NCBI GenBank assembly: GCA_003483855.1
Contig: DMXP01000005.1
Span: forward strand, 29,202 to 93,201
Length of the DNA stretch: 64,000 bases
Direction: 5' to 3'
From: Candidatus Yonathbacteria bacterium
GTDB taxonomy: Bacteria > Patescibacteriota > Minisyncoccia > Phycocordibacterales > UBA1550
In this document: piece after piece, positions 42,752 to 52,625 of the stretch
Numbering within the stretch: position 1 is the first letter of the stretch
Layout of the letters: each line of letters opens with the position of its first letter
Notes under the pieces: generated by a model
The model's input: only the letters and a program-made list of their open reading frames with translations
Told to the model about the DNA's origin: nothing
Database searches by the model: none
Translations under genes and position numbers: made by a program

Positions 42752-42844
42752 ATCACACCTCCTTCATCTTCGCAAATTTAAGGAACAAAAAATGTGACCA
42801 GTGGCAACTACGTTTATTATAAAGCGATTAGAATATTTGAGCAA

Positions 42845-43239
42845 GGAGCCCGCCTCCGCCTTTCGATTCTCCTCGGAGTCACACAATAGCAAAAGATGTC
42901 CCGAGGCTCTCGGTCACGGGTTACTAATTAATTTTTGGATAGCCTCGTCGTGTACGACAGGTCTAAGACTAGCGTGTGGTCAACACGTAAGTAATTTTGC
43001 TAAATCAAAGTCACTAAGTCTACTCGTGTGTCGCGTTTCAATCGACACTACGCGACGCGATTTTGCAAAATCGACACTGCGTGGACGTAAGTGCTCGCGA
43101 CCCCAGAGTCCAAGATTAGGGCCAAGCCCCGAATTTGTTAATTCGAAATCTGCAGATTCGTCGTGGTTTTGCGTGCTCGCAAAACATCACTGCGCTTTCC
43201 ACAAACTAAAAACCTGCCGCAGGGCAGGTTTTTAGTTTG
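42845..43239 (-). mobile_element. tRNA-Ala-linked element (one full unit plus the start of a second)
   Basis: Core GGGGTCGCGAGCACTTA...TAGTAACCCGTGACCGAGAG; direct repeat CCTCGGG at 42900-42906; anti-tRNA copy at 42862-42876. Confidence 0.7.
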
Positions 43240-43313
43240 TGGACCCGAGGAGAATCGAACTCCTTACCTCCGGAGTGCAAAACCGGCGCTCTAGCCAGGT
43301 GAGCTACGGGCCC
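43240..43313 (-). tRNA. tRNA-Ala(TGC)
   Basis: Cloverleaf GGGCCCG...TTTGCAC...TTCGATT...CGGGTCC-A with a G3-U70 pair. Confidence 0.95.
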
Positions 43314-43356
43314 AGATATCAAAACACTACTTTAGCAAACTACCTAGATTTTTACA

Positions 43357-43424
43357 GCGCCGGTTTTGAAACCGGCGACTATTATTCCTCTCGGCAGAGC
43401 CTCGTGGCCAGGTGAGCTACGGGC
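43357..43424 (-). pseudogene. Disrupted duplicate of the tRNA-Ala 5' half
   Basis: 43407-43424 is identical to 43294-43311; AAACCGGCG is also repeated. Confidence 0.6.
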
Positions 43425-43533
43425 ACATTCACCACATTTAACAATTAACTTGTGACATGTGACAAATTCAAACCCATTTGTGCGGGTCAATTGTCAATTA
43501 TTCTTAGTTAAATGTTATCCCGTCTATAATACC

Positions 43534-44499
43534 TTATTTTTTCCTTAATGCAAGGGTGAGCACATAGTCAACAAATTCTGGAAGGGTGAGCCCACTCTGC
43601 GAGAGTGATTTCATGAGGAGCGATGTATCGGTAAGTCCGGGGAGTGTGTTTACTTCTAAAAGGTACGGCCCTTCTTCTGTCAAAATAAAATCGTATCTCG
43701 CATAATGTCGCGCGCCAAGGTGGGCGTGAGCGCGGAGTGCATCTTCCTCAAGGGCTCTGCGTTCAGCGTCGCTCATGCGCGCGGGTCCTACTGGATGCGT
43801 CAGATTCCTATATTTTTGATCATAGTCAAAAAGCTTCCCATCTGGTAAAAGAATCTCAAGAGCGGGAGTTGCGTATGAACCAACCCCTTCTGATGAATCT
43901 ACGACACCAACTGTAACCTCGCGCCCTCGCACGTACTCCTCAATCATTGCCTTCTCCGAGTATGCGAGAGCGCGCTCTATCGCGGACACAAGTTCGCGGT
44001 CTGTATGCGCGAGAGAGAGGCCTACTGACGAACCTCCCGAAAGTGGCTTCACCACATACGGCGCCTTTATCTCAGATCCGACACGCGCCACGACCTCGCT
44101 CACCTCCTCGCCTCTGGAAACAACGAGCCCACGTGGCACCTTGATGCCGACAGCAGAAAAGTATTTCTTCGCGAGATCTTTGTTCATACCAATAGCAGAA
44201 GGCATCGCTGTGGAACCAGTGTACGGAATATTAAAAAGCTCAAGAATTTTTTGCACTTTTCCGTCCTCACCAAACTCACCATGAAGAGCGTTGAAAACAA
44301 TATCAACGTGTTGAGCAAGTTTCGCCGGGCTCGTTGGTCTGCCGTCTATGTGCCACTCGCCAGCGTTTGTGATAAGTATATCGTGTGCTTCATATTTGTC
44401 CGAAGGAAGCGCTGAGAGCACGTTTCCACCAGTACGAAGAGAAACATGGTATTCGCTACCAAGCCCCCCGCGCATAACACCGACCCGAAGTTTGTTCAT
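43534..44499 (-). CDS. ddl: D-alanine--D-alanine ligase
   Basis: LHGEFGEDG, GGSSVG and LEVNTLPG; start set at MNKLR. Confidence 0.96.
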   Translation of the reverse strand: MNKLRVGVMRGGLGSEYHVSLRTGGNVLSALPSDKYEAHDILITNAGEWHIDGRPTSPAKLAQHVDIVFNALHGEFGEDGKVQKILELFNIPYTGSTAMPSAIGMNKDLAKKYFSAVGIKVPRGLVVSRGEEVSEVVARVGSEIKAPYVVKPLSGGSSVGLSLAHTDRELVSAIERALAYSEKAMIEEYVRGREVTVGVVDSSEGVGSYATPALEILLPDGKLFDYDQKYRNLTHPVGPARMSDAERRALEEDALRAHAHLGARHYARYDFILTEEGPYLLEVNTLPGLTDTSLLMKSLSQSGLTLPEFVDYVLTLALRKK

Positions 44500-44591
44500 A
44501 CAGACAGTATACAAGAGGTGTGTCACTTGCGAAAGTGCCACATTGATTTTAGTGCTGTTTCTGATAGTATGAGCAAGTATTTATATTGATT

Positions 44592-44672
44592 GCCGGAATG
44601 GTGGAATGGTATACACGTGCGACTCAAAATCGCATGCCGCAAGGCTTGTGGGTTCAAGTCCCACTTCCGGCA
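44592..44672 (+). tRNA. tRNA-Leu(CAA)
   Basis: Cloverleaf with a long variable arm; anticodon loop CTCAAAA. Confidence 0.96.
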
Positions 44673-44890
44673 CAAAGCGTAAAAAAACCTGCACTGCTGC
44701 AGGTTTTTAGCTTTGTGCGGGCGGAGTGATGTTCCGCGACCACGCGGAACCGCGAGCCGGGGGCGGCAAGTACTTACGGCTATGAGAGCGTATCCGCTTG
44801 AAGAGACTTAGTAACTTATGCTCACACAGACTCAGTCGGGCTTTGCCCGTCCTTACCTTTCCCTTCGTGACCGACCCTCTCTCGGCACAA
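44673..44890 (+). mobile_element. tRNA-Leu(CAA)-linked element (anti-tRNA arm largely lost)
   Basis: Hairpin, then GGGCGGAG...GCGAGCCGGGG...AGTACTTA...GACTTAGTAACT...TTCGTGACCG; direct repeat CGGCACAA at 44883-44890. Confidence 0.65.
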
Positions 44891-44961
44891 GCAAAGCGGG
44901 TGTGACCGAAGGTCGCACCCGCTTTTACTTAAATTGTCAGTTGTCAAATGTTCCTCCCAAT

Positions 44962-45582
44962 TTATATCTTCCCCACCAAGTCCAATCCCGGCTTCAATGT
45001 GTCATCACCTGGCTCCCAGCTTGCTGGACAGACATTGCCACCATGCTCACGAACAAATTTTGCCGCCTGCAGTTTACGTACGAGCTCCTTTGCGCTTCGC
45101 CCTACGCTGTTATCGTTTACTTCCACTATACGAAGAATACCATCTGGATCAACCACAAATGTTCCGCGAAGCGAAAGTCCTTCTTCGGGAATGTATGTGC
45201 CAAACATATGGCAAAGTTCACGACGAGTATCAGAAATCATTGGGAACTTTATTTTCTTGATAGCTTCCGAAGTGTCGTGCCACGCCTTATGAACAAAAAC
45301 AGTATCTGTTGAAACTGAAAGCACTTCCCCGCCAAGTTTTTGAATCTCCGCATAGTTGTCCGCCATCTCCTCAAGCTCTGTTGGGCAAACAAACGTAAAG
45401 TCAGCTGGATAGAAAAAGAGAATGAGCCACTTTCCGCGATAATCAGAAAGTTTAATCTTTTTTACTTCTTCATTGTGAAATGCTTCCACCAGAGCGTCTG
45501 GAATTTCGTGTCCTATTTCCGCAAACATTAGCATATCTACCGAACATCCTCCACAACACTCATTCATATCTTTATGTTTCAT
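44962..45582 (-). CDS. ahpC: Peroxiredoxin (2-Cys, AhpC type)
   Basis: FYPADFTFVCPTE and VCPASW motifs. Confidence 0.96.
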   Translation of the reverse strand: MKHKDMNECCGGCSVDMLMFAEIGHEIPDALVEAFHNEEVKKIKLSDYRGKWLILFFYPADFTFVCPTELEEMADNYAEIQKLGGEVLSVSTDTVFVHKAWHDTSEAIKKIKFPMISDTRRELCHMFGTYIPEEGLSLRGTFVVDPDGILRIVEVNDNSVGRSAKELVRKLQAAKFVREHGGNVCPASWEPGDDTLKPGLDLVGKI

Positions 45583-45625
45583 GGTAGTAATTTATTGTTT
45601 ATTGATATATAAGTAATATACCAAA

Positions 45626-46528
45626 ATGGCACCAAAACAGAAAGATAGGATAATCGCTGTTGTCGGTCCAACAGCCTCAGGCAAGAGCGCTCTTGCTGTA
45701 GAGATTGCTCGCCTTGTTAACGGCGAGATTATTTCGGCTGATTCACGACAGGTTTACACTGGGCTTGATATCGGCACAGGCAAGGTCACGAAACGAGAGA
45801 TGCTTGGTGTGCCCCACCACATGCTTGATGTCATAAATCCTAAACGAACAATGTCGGTCGTACAGTACGAACGCCTCGCCACACGAGAAATAGAAGATAT
45901 TTTGAAGAGAGGAATAACCCCCATCATTTGCGGAGGCACGGGGCAATACGTTGACGCAGTACTTACCACTGCTTCATTCCCTGAGGTTCCACCAAATGCA
46001 AAACTCAGGAAAAAATTGGAGAAACTTTCGGCTGAAAAACTTTTTAAAAAATTGCAGAAAATGGATCCTGCGCGGGCAAAAACAATTGATGCAAAAAATC
46101 CACGACGGCTCATTCGCGCAATTGAAATTGCAGAAGTGCTCGGTAGTGTGCCATCGCGCGAGCCTGCGACCGAGCGCTATGACACTCTTTACATAGGACT
46201 CGCGCTTCCAAAAGAAGAACTGTCAGAACGCATCCACAAGCGCCTCGTGGCACGTATGCGCCAAGGCATACTAGCCGAAGCGAAGCGTTTGCACGAGAAA
46301 GGTCTCTCCTGGAAGCGCATGAAGGCACTTGGACTTGAGTATCGCTTCCTTGCGCAATTTTTGCAAAATAAAATCTCAAAAGAGGAATTGCTTGATTTGC
46401 TTGAAATTGCAATTCGTCAGTACTCAAAACGCCAGATAGTTTGGTTTAAGAGGAATGAGAAGATTAAGTGGTTTGAGCCAAGTGAGTCTAAAAAGGTTTT
46501 GTCAGTTGTAGTAAAATTTTTGAAATAG
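45626..46528 (+). CDS. miaA: tRNA dimethylallyltransferase
   Basis: GPTASGKS, ISADSRQVY, GGTGQY and KRQ..WF motifs. Confidence 0.97.
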   Translation: MAPKQKDRIIAVVGPTASGKSALAVEIARLVNGEIISADSRQVYTGLDIGTGKVTKREMLGVPHHMLDVINPKRTMSVVQYERLATREIEDILKRGITPIICGGTGQYVDAVLTTASFPEVPPNAKLRKKLEKLSAEKLFKKLQKMDPARAKTIDAKNPRRLIRAIEIAEVLGSVPSREPATERYDTLYIGLALPKEELSERIHKRLVARMRQGILAEAKRLHEKGLSWKRMKALGLEYRFLAQFLQNKISKEELLDLLEIAIRQYSKRQIVWFKRNEKIKWFEPSESKKVLSVVVKFLK

Positions 46529-46530
46529 AA

Positions 46531-46785
46531 GCGGGCCCACGAGTCCGCGGTCCCGAGTTACTAAGTATTTTTCCACACTTCGTGTTCAAAAATCCTAAGT
46601 GTTCGCGACCACGCCTCGGCGACCCAGTGAGTACACTGTGTGCTCCCGATTTCTTAGGTTGTACTCAACCTCTTGAAATCGCAGTGCCCTAGATTTATCG
46701 TGGCCCCGCCTGCGGTTTTCGAGTCCTCGTGGGCCTAGCAGTAACAACAAACCCCAAACACTGTCGTGTTTGGGGTTTGTTACTG
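46531..46785 (-). mobile_element. tRNA-Trp-linked element
   Basis: 18-bp anti-tRNA copy at 46718-46735, conserved core, 13-bp direct repeat 46531-46543 = 46785-46797. Confidence 0.8.
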
Positions 46786-46856
46786 CGGGCCCACGAGGAC
46801 TCGAACCTCGGTCTGCGCGTTTGGAGTGCGATATTCTACCACTGAACTATAGGCCC
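46786..46856 (-). tRNA. tRNA-Trp(CCA)
   Basis: Cloverleaf, anticodon loop CTCCAAA; weak anticodon stem. Confidence 0.9.
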
Positions 46857-46931
46857 TATAGCTACTGCCTTACAAATCGGAGTATATCAAAATACTCATG
46901 AAAAGAAAAACCCGGCATTGCCGAGTTTTTT

Positions 46932-47090
46932 CTACTTCTTTGCTTCCTTGTGAGAAGTATGAGCGCGACAAGAATTGCAGTATTTGTCTAGCTCAATTTT
47001 ACGCTCAACAAGCTTCTTGTTCTTGCGAGTCCAATAGTTTATGCGCTTGCACTTCTTGCAGGCGAGTTTGATAAGTTGGTCTTGTGACAT
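46932..47090 (-). CDS. rpmG: 50S ribosomal protein L33 (Zn-binding form)
   Basis: MSQDQLIKLACKKCKRINYWTRKNKK...KYCNSCRAHTSHKE; below the ORF-track size cutoff. Confidence 0.95.
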   Translation of the reverse strand: MSQDQLIKLACKKCKRINYWTRKNKKLVERKIELDKYCNSCRAHTSHKEAKK

Positions 47091-47195
47091 AATTTTCCTA
47101 TCCTACTACACTCAGCACAAAAAGGCAAGAAAACTGCTATTTAAAAAAGACGGGTGATAATATCACCCGTCTTAACTATTTATTATCATTTACTA

Positions 47196-47840
47196 TCATG
47201 CGCATTTATCAGAATACGTATCGATGTTTGCGCAAGCAATCATCTTTGCATCATACCATGACGTGTAAAGATATCCTGCTTCAAAAGGTTTGGTTCCTTT
47301 TTCAAAACCGTTTATGAGCTCTTTCACCTGATCAATAGTTGATATTCCTTCCATTTGAATACCATGCGCATATGAAGAACTAAAGTAGTCCCTGAGCTCG
47401 TCGTTACATTCGTAAAGTATCGATTCGTCCTCCTCTATGAGTGGTGCGATAAGACCTGCCAAAAAATGTTCTGGGGCTTTTTTCTTTCCAAATATTTGCT
47501 CAGCGAGCGACGCGTACACTGATGCAAGAATGTAACAATCTATTGCATGATTCAATATCTTGCGCTCCTCGTGCAGTGGCGCATATTCAACACGATTAAT
47601 TTCATACTCAACCTTACTGAATCCAAGTATATTTATGATACCATGGACACTCGTAGGTCTTCTGAATGAACCGTGACATATACACATATGATTTGTCATG
47701 CGCAAGAGTCTCACAACAAGGTAAGGTTGAAAGACCAAAAGTTTTGCAATGTCTCCAAACGAAGAATCCTTGTTTGCAAGCAAGTTAGAGAATTTCTTGA
47801 TGAACCCTTGTGTCACATACACCTTTTCAAATTCTTCCAT
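47196..47840 (-). CDS. Divergent HDOD-domain protein
   Basis: QPYLVVRLLRMTN...SVHGIINILG...EHFLAGLI; GGAGGG SD before MEEF. Confidence 0.6.
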   Translation of the reverse strand: MEEFEKVYVTQGFIKKFSNLLANKDSSFGDIAKLLVFQPYLVVRLLRMTNHMCICHGSFRRPTSVHGIINILGFSKVEYEINRVEYAPLHEERKILNHAIDCYILASVYASLAEQIFGKKKAPEHFLAGLIAPLIEEDESILYECNDELRDYFSSSYAHGIQMEGISTIDQVKELINGFEKGTKPFEAGYLYTSWYDAKMIACANIDTYSDKCA

Positions 47841-48090
47841 TCTACCCTCCTGTGTATTATTTTGTGATGTAAATGTACTGGTGCACATAATATCATAAAA
47901 TATGGGATTATGTCAAATAGCAATTTTTTAGAATTAAAAATCTAGTAGAACCTTTAACGGATTCATAATTTTGTACACCTGTAAATTAGCAAATTTTAAT
48001 CTTGGCAAAAGGATTCTCTTTTTCGAATCCTTCCCAACACTACAAAAGCCAAAAGCCTCCAACTCTCTCGAGTTGAGGGCTAGGTTTTTG

Positions 48091-48173
48091 TGCGCCGGGA
48101 AAGATTCGAACTTTCGAAGACCGAAGTCAGGAGATTTACAGTCTCCCCTCGTTGACCACTTGAGTACCGACGC
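48091..48173 (-). tRNA. tRNA-Tyr(GTA)
   Basis: Cloverleaf with a variable arm; anticodon loop CTGTAAA. Confidence 0.95.
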
Positions 48174-48241
48174 ATTTTAACAAGCGCTTTTAAAGCGTTT
48201 GTTAACTCTATCACTTTTTTTCTCTCACTTCAACCTCATTT

Positions 48242-50932
48242 TTAAATGCTTGCTTTTGCTCTAACTCGCGTTTTTGTCGTCACTTGTTTTTTCTCCACAC
48301 GGATAGCAATCTCGTCTTTCTCCACAGAGACTAGCACGCGACCGCCTTTTAGCACTCCAGATGAAATCATAAGCGAAGCGACTGGTGTCAAAATCTTTGT
48401 CTGGATTAGTCTCTTGAGCGGGCGTGCGCCGTAGCGTGAGTCGTACCCTTTTTCGGCAAGATATGTCAGAACTTCGGGCATAACATTGAGAGCAATTTCT
48501 TTTTCTGCGAGTCGCTTCTTTATGATATCCACCTGGAGTCCGACAATACTCTTGATAACCTCTGGCGACAAAATATCAAAAATGATGATTTCGTCCAAGC
48601 GGTTCAAAAATTCTGGACGGAAGAAATCCTTAAGCGAGCCCATCACGCGCTCCTTTGCGTCGGAATAATCAGCACTGTCACTCGCATGCGCGCCGAAACC
48701 AATCGCCTGCATTTTATCAATGTATTCAGAACCAATGTTTGATGTCAAAATGATGACAGTGTTTTTGAAATTCACCACACGACCTTTTGAGTCTGTAAGG
48801 TGACCACTGTCAAGAACCTGAAGCAAGATGTTGAACACCTCTGGATGCGCTTTCTCAATTTCGTCAAAGAGTAACACAGAGTATGGGCGATGGCGCACTG
48901 TCTCAGTGAGGTTTCCACTCTCTTCGTGTCCCACATATCCAGGAGGTGAGCCGATTAATTTTGACACTGAGTGTTTCTCCATATACTCCGACATATCCAC
49001 TCGAACAAGCGCTTTGTCGTCGTTGAACATAAACTCAGCGAGTGCTTTAGAGAGCTCTGTCTTACCAACACCTGTTGGTCCAAGGAAAAGAAACGAGCCG
49101 ATTGGGCGGTTTGGATCGGCGATGCCCGCGCGCGTACGTTTGATTGCGTCTGAAACTTTTTGGATAGCGTCCCTTTGTCCTACAACACGCTTCTCAAGTT
49201 CTGCTTCTATGTGCGCAAGCTTTCCAGCTTCTTCCTCGAGCATCTTGGTCACCGGAATACCTGTCCAACGAGCAACAACTTCCGCGATATCTTGCTCTAC
49301 AACTTCTTCCTTCAAAATACGACGTGATGACTGAAGCTTTTTCAGACGCGCGACTTTAGAAACCAAATCTTTTTCAAATGATGGAATGCGTCCATAACGA
49401 ATCTCCGCCGCAAGAGCGAGGTCAGCTTTCATTTCAGCAGTTTCTGCCTCCAGGCGAGCAGTCTCCAGACTTTTCTTGATTGCGCGAATGTCTTGAACAA
49501 GCTCCTTTTCGTTTTTCCACTTAATCTCTATTTCCTTTGTCTTCTCGCGAAGGTCACCGATTTCCTTATCAATCTTTTTTGTGCGCGCTTTTGCATTTTT
49601 GCCGGCATCACCCTCAATAGTTGACTCCTTTTTAAGGGCCTCTTTTTCAATTTCAAGACGCATTATGCGACGATGTGCCTCCTCAAGAACAGGCGGTTTG
49701 TTTTCAAGCGAAATGCGAAGTGACGACGCAGCCTCGTCTATAAGGTCCACTGCTTTGTCTGGTAGAAAACGATCGGTGATGTAGCGACTTGAGAGATTTA
49801 CCGCAGCCATAATTGCGTCGTCTGTAATATGCACTCCGTGAAAGAGTTCGTATTTTTCTTTTAGTCCACGAAGAATAGCCACCGCGTCTTCAATGCTTGG
49901 CTCATTTACATGCACAGGCTGGAAACGACGAGTAAGCGCGGGATCTTTTTCAATATGCTTTTGGTACTCACGAAGGGTCGTTGCGCCGATAGCGCGAAGC
50001 TCCCCGCGAGCTAGAGCAGGCTTCAACATATTTGACGCGTCCATAGAACCCTCCGCGGCGCCAGCGCCTACTATAGTGTGAATCTCGTCTATAAAAAGAA
50101 TTATCTTCCCTTCCGAGCGCTCAATTTCTTTCATAATTTTCTTCAAACGATCCTCAAATTCACCGCGGTACTTTGTGCCTGCGATAAGCTGACCAAGGTC
50201 TAGAGAGACGAGCTCCTTGCCCTTCAGAGACTCTGGCACGTCACCCTTTGCCATGCGAATAGCGAGTCCTTCCACAACAGCAGTCTTGCCCACACCTGCC
50301 TCCCCAATAAGAATGGGATTGTTTTTTGTGCGACGAGAAAGAATTTGAATTATACGCCCGACTTCATTATCGCGACCAATCACTGGGTCAAGCTTGTCCT
50401 GACCAGCAAGCGCTGTGAGGTTCCTCGTGTATTTGTAAACTGACTTGAGTTTTTTTGATGGCGTGCTGTCTGTAATATTTTGTGTGCGAAATTCCTCTAG
50501 CACGCGCATTACACCTTCGCGGTCAATATTGTGACGTGACAAAAATTCGCGCGCTTGACCTTCTACGTCAAAAAGCGCGAGAAAAAGATGTTCACAGGAA
50601 ATCTGTTCGTCTTTCATTGCTTCTGCAAGGCGGGGCGCAACTTCTCCCAAAACTTGCCCAAGCTCAGGAGTAAGATACAGTTGATACGATGCCGAAGCGA
50701 CATTTTGCGAGGTTGTTGGTTCAATGAGATCAAGGATCGCTTCCGCAAACGCCATTGAGTCCACATCTAGACGATCTAGGATAGACACAACAATACTCTC
50801 GTCGTCGAGGACAAGGGAAGTCAATAGGTGCATTGGGCTCACATGGTTCTGCCCGCGCTCTACCGCAAGCTCGTGCGCGCGACGAATAATATCGCGAGCT
50901 TTTGTTGTGAAATTGTTAAATGGTGGCATCAT
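48242..50932 (-). CDS. clpB: ATP-dependent chaperone ClpB
   Basis: Two AAA+ modules ([16 protein letters not shown]) and a long middle coiled coil; start set at MMPPF. Confidence 0.95.
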   Translation of the reverse strand: MMPPFNNFTTKARDIIRRAHELAVERGQNHVSPMHLLTSLVLDDESIVVSILDRLDVDSMAFAEAILDLIEPTTSQNVASASYQLYLTPELGQVLGEVAPRLAEAMKDEQISCEHLFLALFDVEGQAREFLSRHNIDREGVMRVLEEFRTQNITDSTPSKKLKSVYKYTRNLTALAGQDKLDPVIGRDNEVGRIIQILSRRTKNNPILIGEAGVGKTAVVEGLAIRMAKGDVPESLKGKELVSLDLGQLIAGTKYRGEFEDRLKKIMKEIERSEGKIILFIDEIHTIVGAGAAEGSMDASNMLKPALARGELRAIGATTLREYQKHIEKDPALTRRFQPVHVNEPSIEDAVAILRGLKEKYELFHGVHITDDAIMAAVNLSSRYITDRFLPDKAVDLIDEAASSLRISLENKPPVLEEAHRRIMRLEIEKEALKKESTIEGDAGKNAKARTKKIDKEIGDLREKTKEIEIKWKNEKELVQDIRAIKKSLETARLEAETAEMKADLALAAEIRYGRIPSFEKDLVSKVARLKKLQSSRRILKEEVVEQDIAEVVARWTGIPVTKMLEEEAGKLAHIEAELEKRVVGQRDAIQKVSDAIKRTRAGIADPNRPIGSFLFLGPTGVGKTELSKALAEFMFNDDKALVRVDMSEYMEKHSVSKLIGSPPGYVGHEESGNLTETVRHRPYSVLLFDEIEKAHPEVFNILLQVLDSGHLTDSKGRVVNFKNTVIILTSNIGSEYIDKMQAIGFGAHASDSADYSDAKERVMGSLKDFFRPEFLNRLDEIIIFDILSPEVIKSIVGLQVDIIKKRLAEKEIALNVMPEVLTYLAEKGYDSRYGARPLKRLIQTKILTPVASLMISSGVLKGGRVLVSVEKDEIAIRVEKKQVTTKTRVRAKASI

Positions 50933-51060
50933 TTGAATTGAATGTTGACGAATTAGCAAATTCGCGCCTGGCGCTATCGAATATTGAATGCTAGATATTA
51001 AGAGTAATGTACAATAGCTGTTCTCCCCTGTCAAACTTCGCCGTAAAAATGCTGAACCCA

Positions 51061-51903
51061 CTATATAATCTTCTCAGGATCAGCAAGGGCTGTTTTCGTG
51101 GCTTCATTAATGAGCCTTTTTGCTTCTGTCACAGGTACTCCATACTGAGAACCAGTGCTTTCATCAATATTCAAAAAACCAATAATTTCGCCGTTCAAAT
51201 TAATGATAGGCGCGCCGTTTGATGTGCCGGCAAAGCGCATGGAGATTGCGATATTGTCCAAAATCTTCGTTTCAACTTTTGTTTCCTTGTCAACAACAGC
51301 GCGCGTATCAAGGCTTGTGATAATTCCAGTTGAAATCGTTTTTCCGTCACGACCGGCGATGACAAGTGAAGTTTGCCCAAGTTTTAGTGTGTCGGGATTC
51401 CCAAACGCGACAGTGTTAAACTTTGGTGTTGATGTTGCTGACACTGGCACAAGGCGACCAAGACCTAACGAGTTTGCCTTATTGTTTGAAATAACTTCAA
51501 GAGTGTATTGGATTCCATTGATTGTCGTATAGAGTACACCAAGTCCAAGATTCCAACGAGCTGTTATCACAAGTCCATCAGGAGACACAATCGTTCCCAC
51601 CCCTGCAGAAAGAACACCTCCATCACCAATCTCCGCCTTAAAAGGAATAATGTTATTTATGTTTTTATCGATAGCCACCACGAGTAGGTCTTCATCTTTA
51701 ACCACAACAGTTGCACCCGGCTTATCTACAAAAGTAGGAGTAATCTTTTCTATCGTGCGCTCAACCACGTTGGTTATCGTTTGATTTACTGGGTCAGGCG
51801 CCTGATCCATAAGTGTAACTACAACGATTCCTGTTGCCATTGATGCAACAAAACTAACGAAAAGTGTGAGTAAAACTATTTGCGCTTTTGTGAGATGCTC
51901 CAT
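51061..51903 (-). CDS. Trypsin-like (HtrA-type) protease homolog with a degenerate active site
   Basis: GVGTIVSPDGLVIT(ARW), GTSNGAPIINLNGEIIG; N-terminal TM helix. Confidence 0.75.
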   Translation of the reverse strand: MEHLTKAQIVLLTLFVSFVASMATGIVVVTLMDQAPDPVNQTITNVVERTIEKITPTFVDKPGATVVVKDEDLLVVAIDKNINNIIPFKAEIGDGGVLSAGVGTIVSPDGLVITARWNLGLGVLYTTINGIQYTLEVISNNKANSLGLGRLVPVSATSTPKFNTVAFGNPDTLKLGQTSLVIAGRDGKTISTGIITSLDTRAVVDKETKVETKILDNIAISMRFAGTSNGAPIINLNGEIIGFLNIDESTGSQYGVPVTEAKRLINEATKTALADPEKII

Positions 51904-52023
51904 AGGGTTGAATATTGAATGTTGAATTAGCGTCCAAGACGTGAATTTGTTAATTCAAGAATGTAGAACAAATGCGGATACAAATACTCTCAATTCTTTA
52001 TTATTGTAATTGTACAGCCTTGT

Positions 52024-52599
52024 CTATTTTACTGCAAGAAATCGCTCAGATGCAACGCTCCAGTCAATCGCATTCCAAAACGCAGAGATGTAGTCCGCGC
52101 GTTTGATGCCATAGTCTAGAGCAAATGCGTGTTCAAATACATCCATCACCAAAATGATTGTCGTTCCAGCGAGATGCCCGCCGTCGTGTTCATTTATCCA
52201 CACATTAAAAAGTTTTCCCGTTTCCACATCGCGCGCAAGCACAGCCCAGCCAATACCACGCATAGCGCCAATTGCGCGAAAATCTTTTTCCCAGTTTTCC
52301 ACTGAACCAAAATCCTCTTCAAGTTTTTTCGCAAGCAAGGACTTTATATCCAAATCACTTCCGCCCTTAGTCATATTCCCAAAATATAATTCGTGCAGAC
52401 GCATTCCGTTCCACTCCCATCCGAAACGACGCTTTAGCTCGCTGTACGGCGGTGTTCCAACATCTGCGGGCTTTAGAAACTCGTGAATTTTATTGGTATT
52501 AGAAACATATCCCTCGTAGAGCGTGAAATGGTTACGTAGAAGCACATCCGAAAATCCATCGGTTCCCAAAAGTCGTTCAAAATTTTTTGCTTCGTACAT
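52024..52599 (-). CDS. Fe/Mn superoxide dismutase family protein
   Basis: HFTLY, LHELYF and DVFEHA motifs. Confidence 0.92.
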   Translation of the reverse strand: MYEAKNFERLLGTDGFSDVLLRNHFTLYEGYVSNTNKIHEFLKPADVGTPPYSELKRRFGWEWNGMRLHELYFGNMTKGGSDLDIKSLLAKKLEEDFGSVENWEKDFRAIGAMRGIGWAVLARDVETGKLFNVWINEHDGGHLAGTTIILVMDVFEHAFALDYGIKRADYISAFWNAIDWSVASERFLAVK

Positions 52600-52625
52600 A
52601 ATAATTTAGTCTAAAGTTATTAAGG

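Noticed and set aside
42801-43235. 144-aa + strand ORF, or tmRNA/RNase P RNA
   Set aside because: Runs through the palindromic tRNA-Ala-linked element; no tmRNA termini, tag frame or RNase P consensus is visible
46531-46797. Classical integrase-mediated island or prophage at tRNA-Trp
   Set aside because: The direct repeats enclose only ~250 bp with no integrase; better explained as the repeat family reported above
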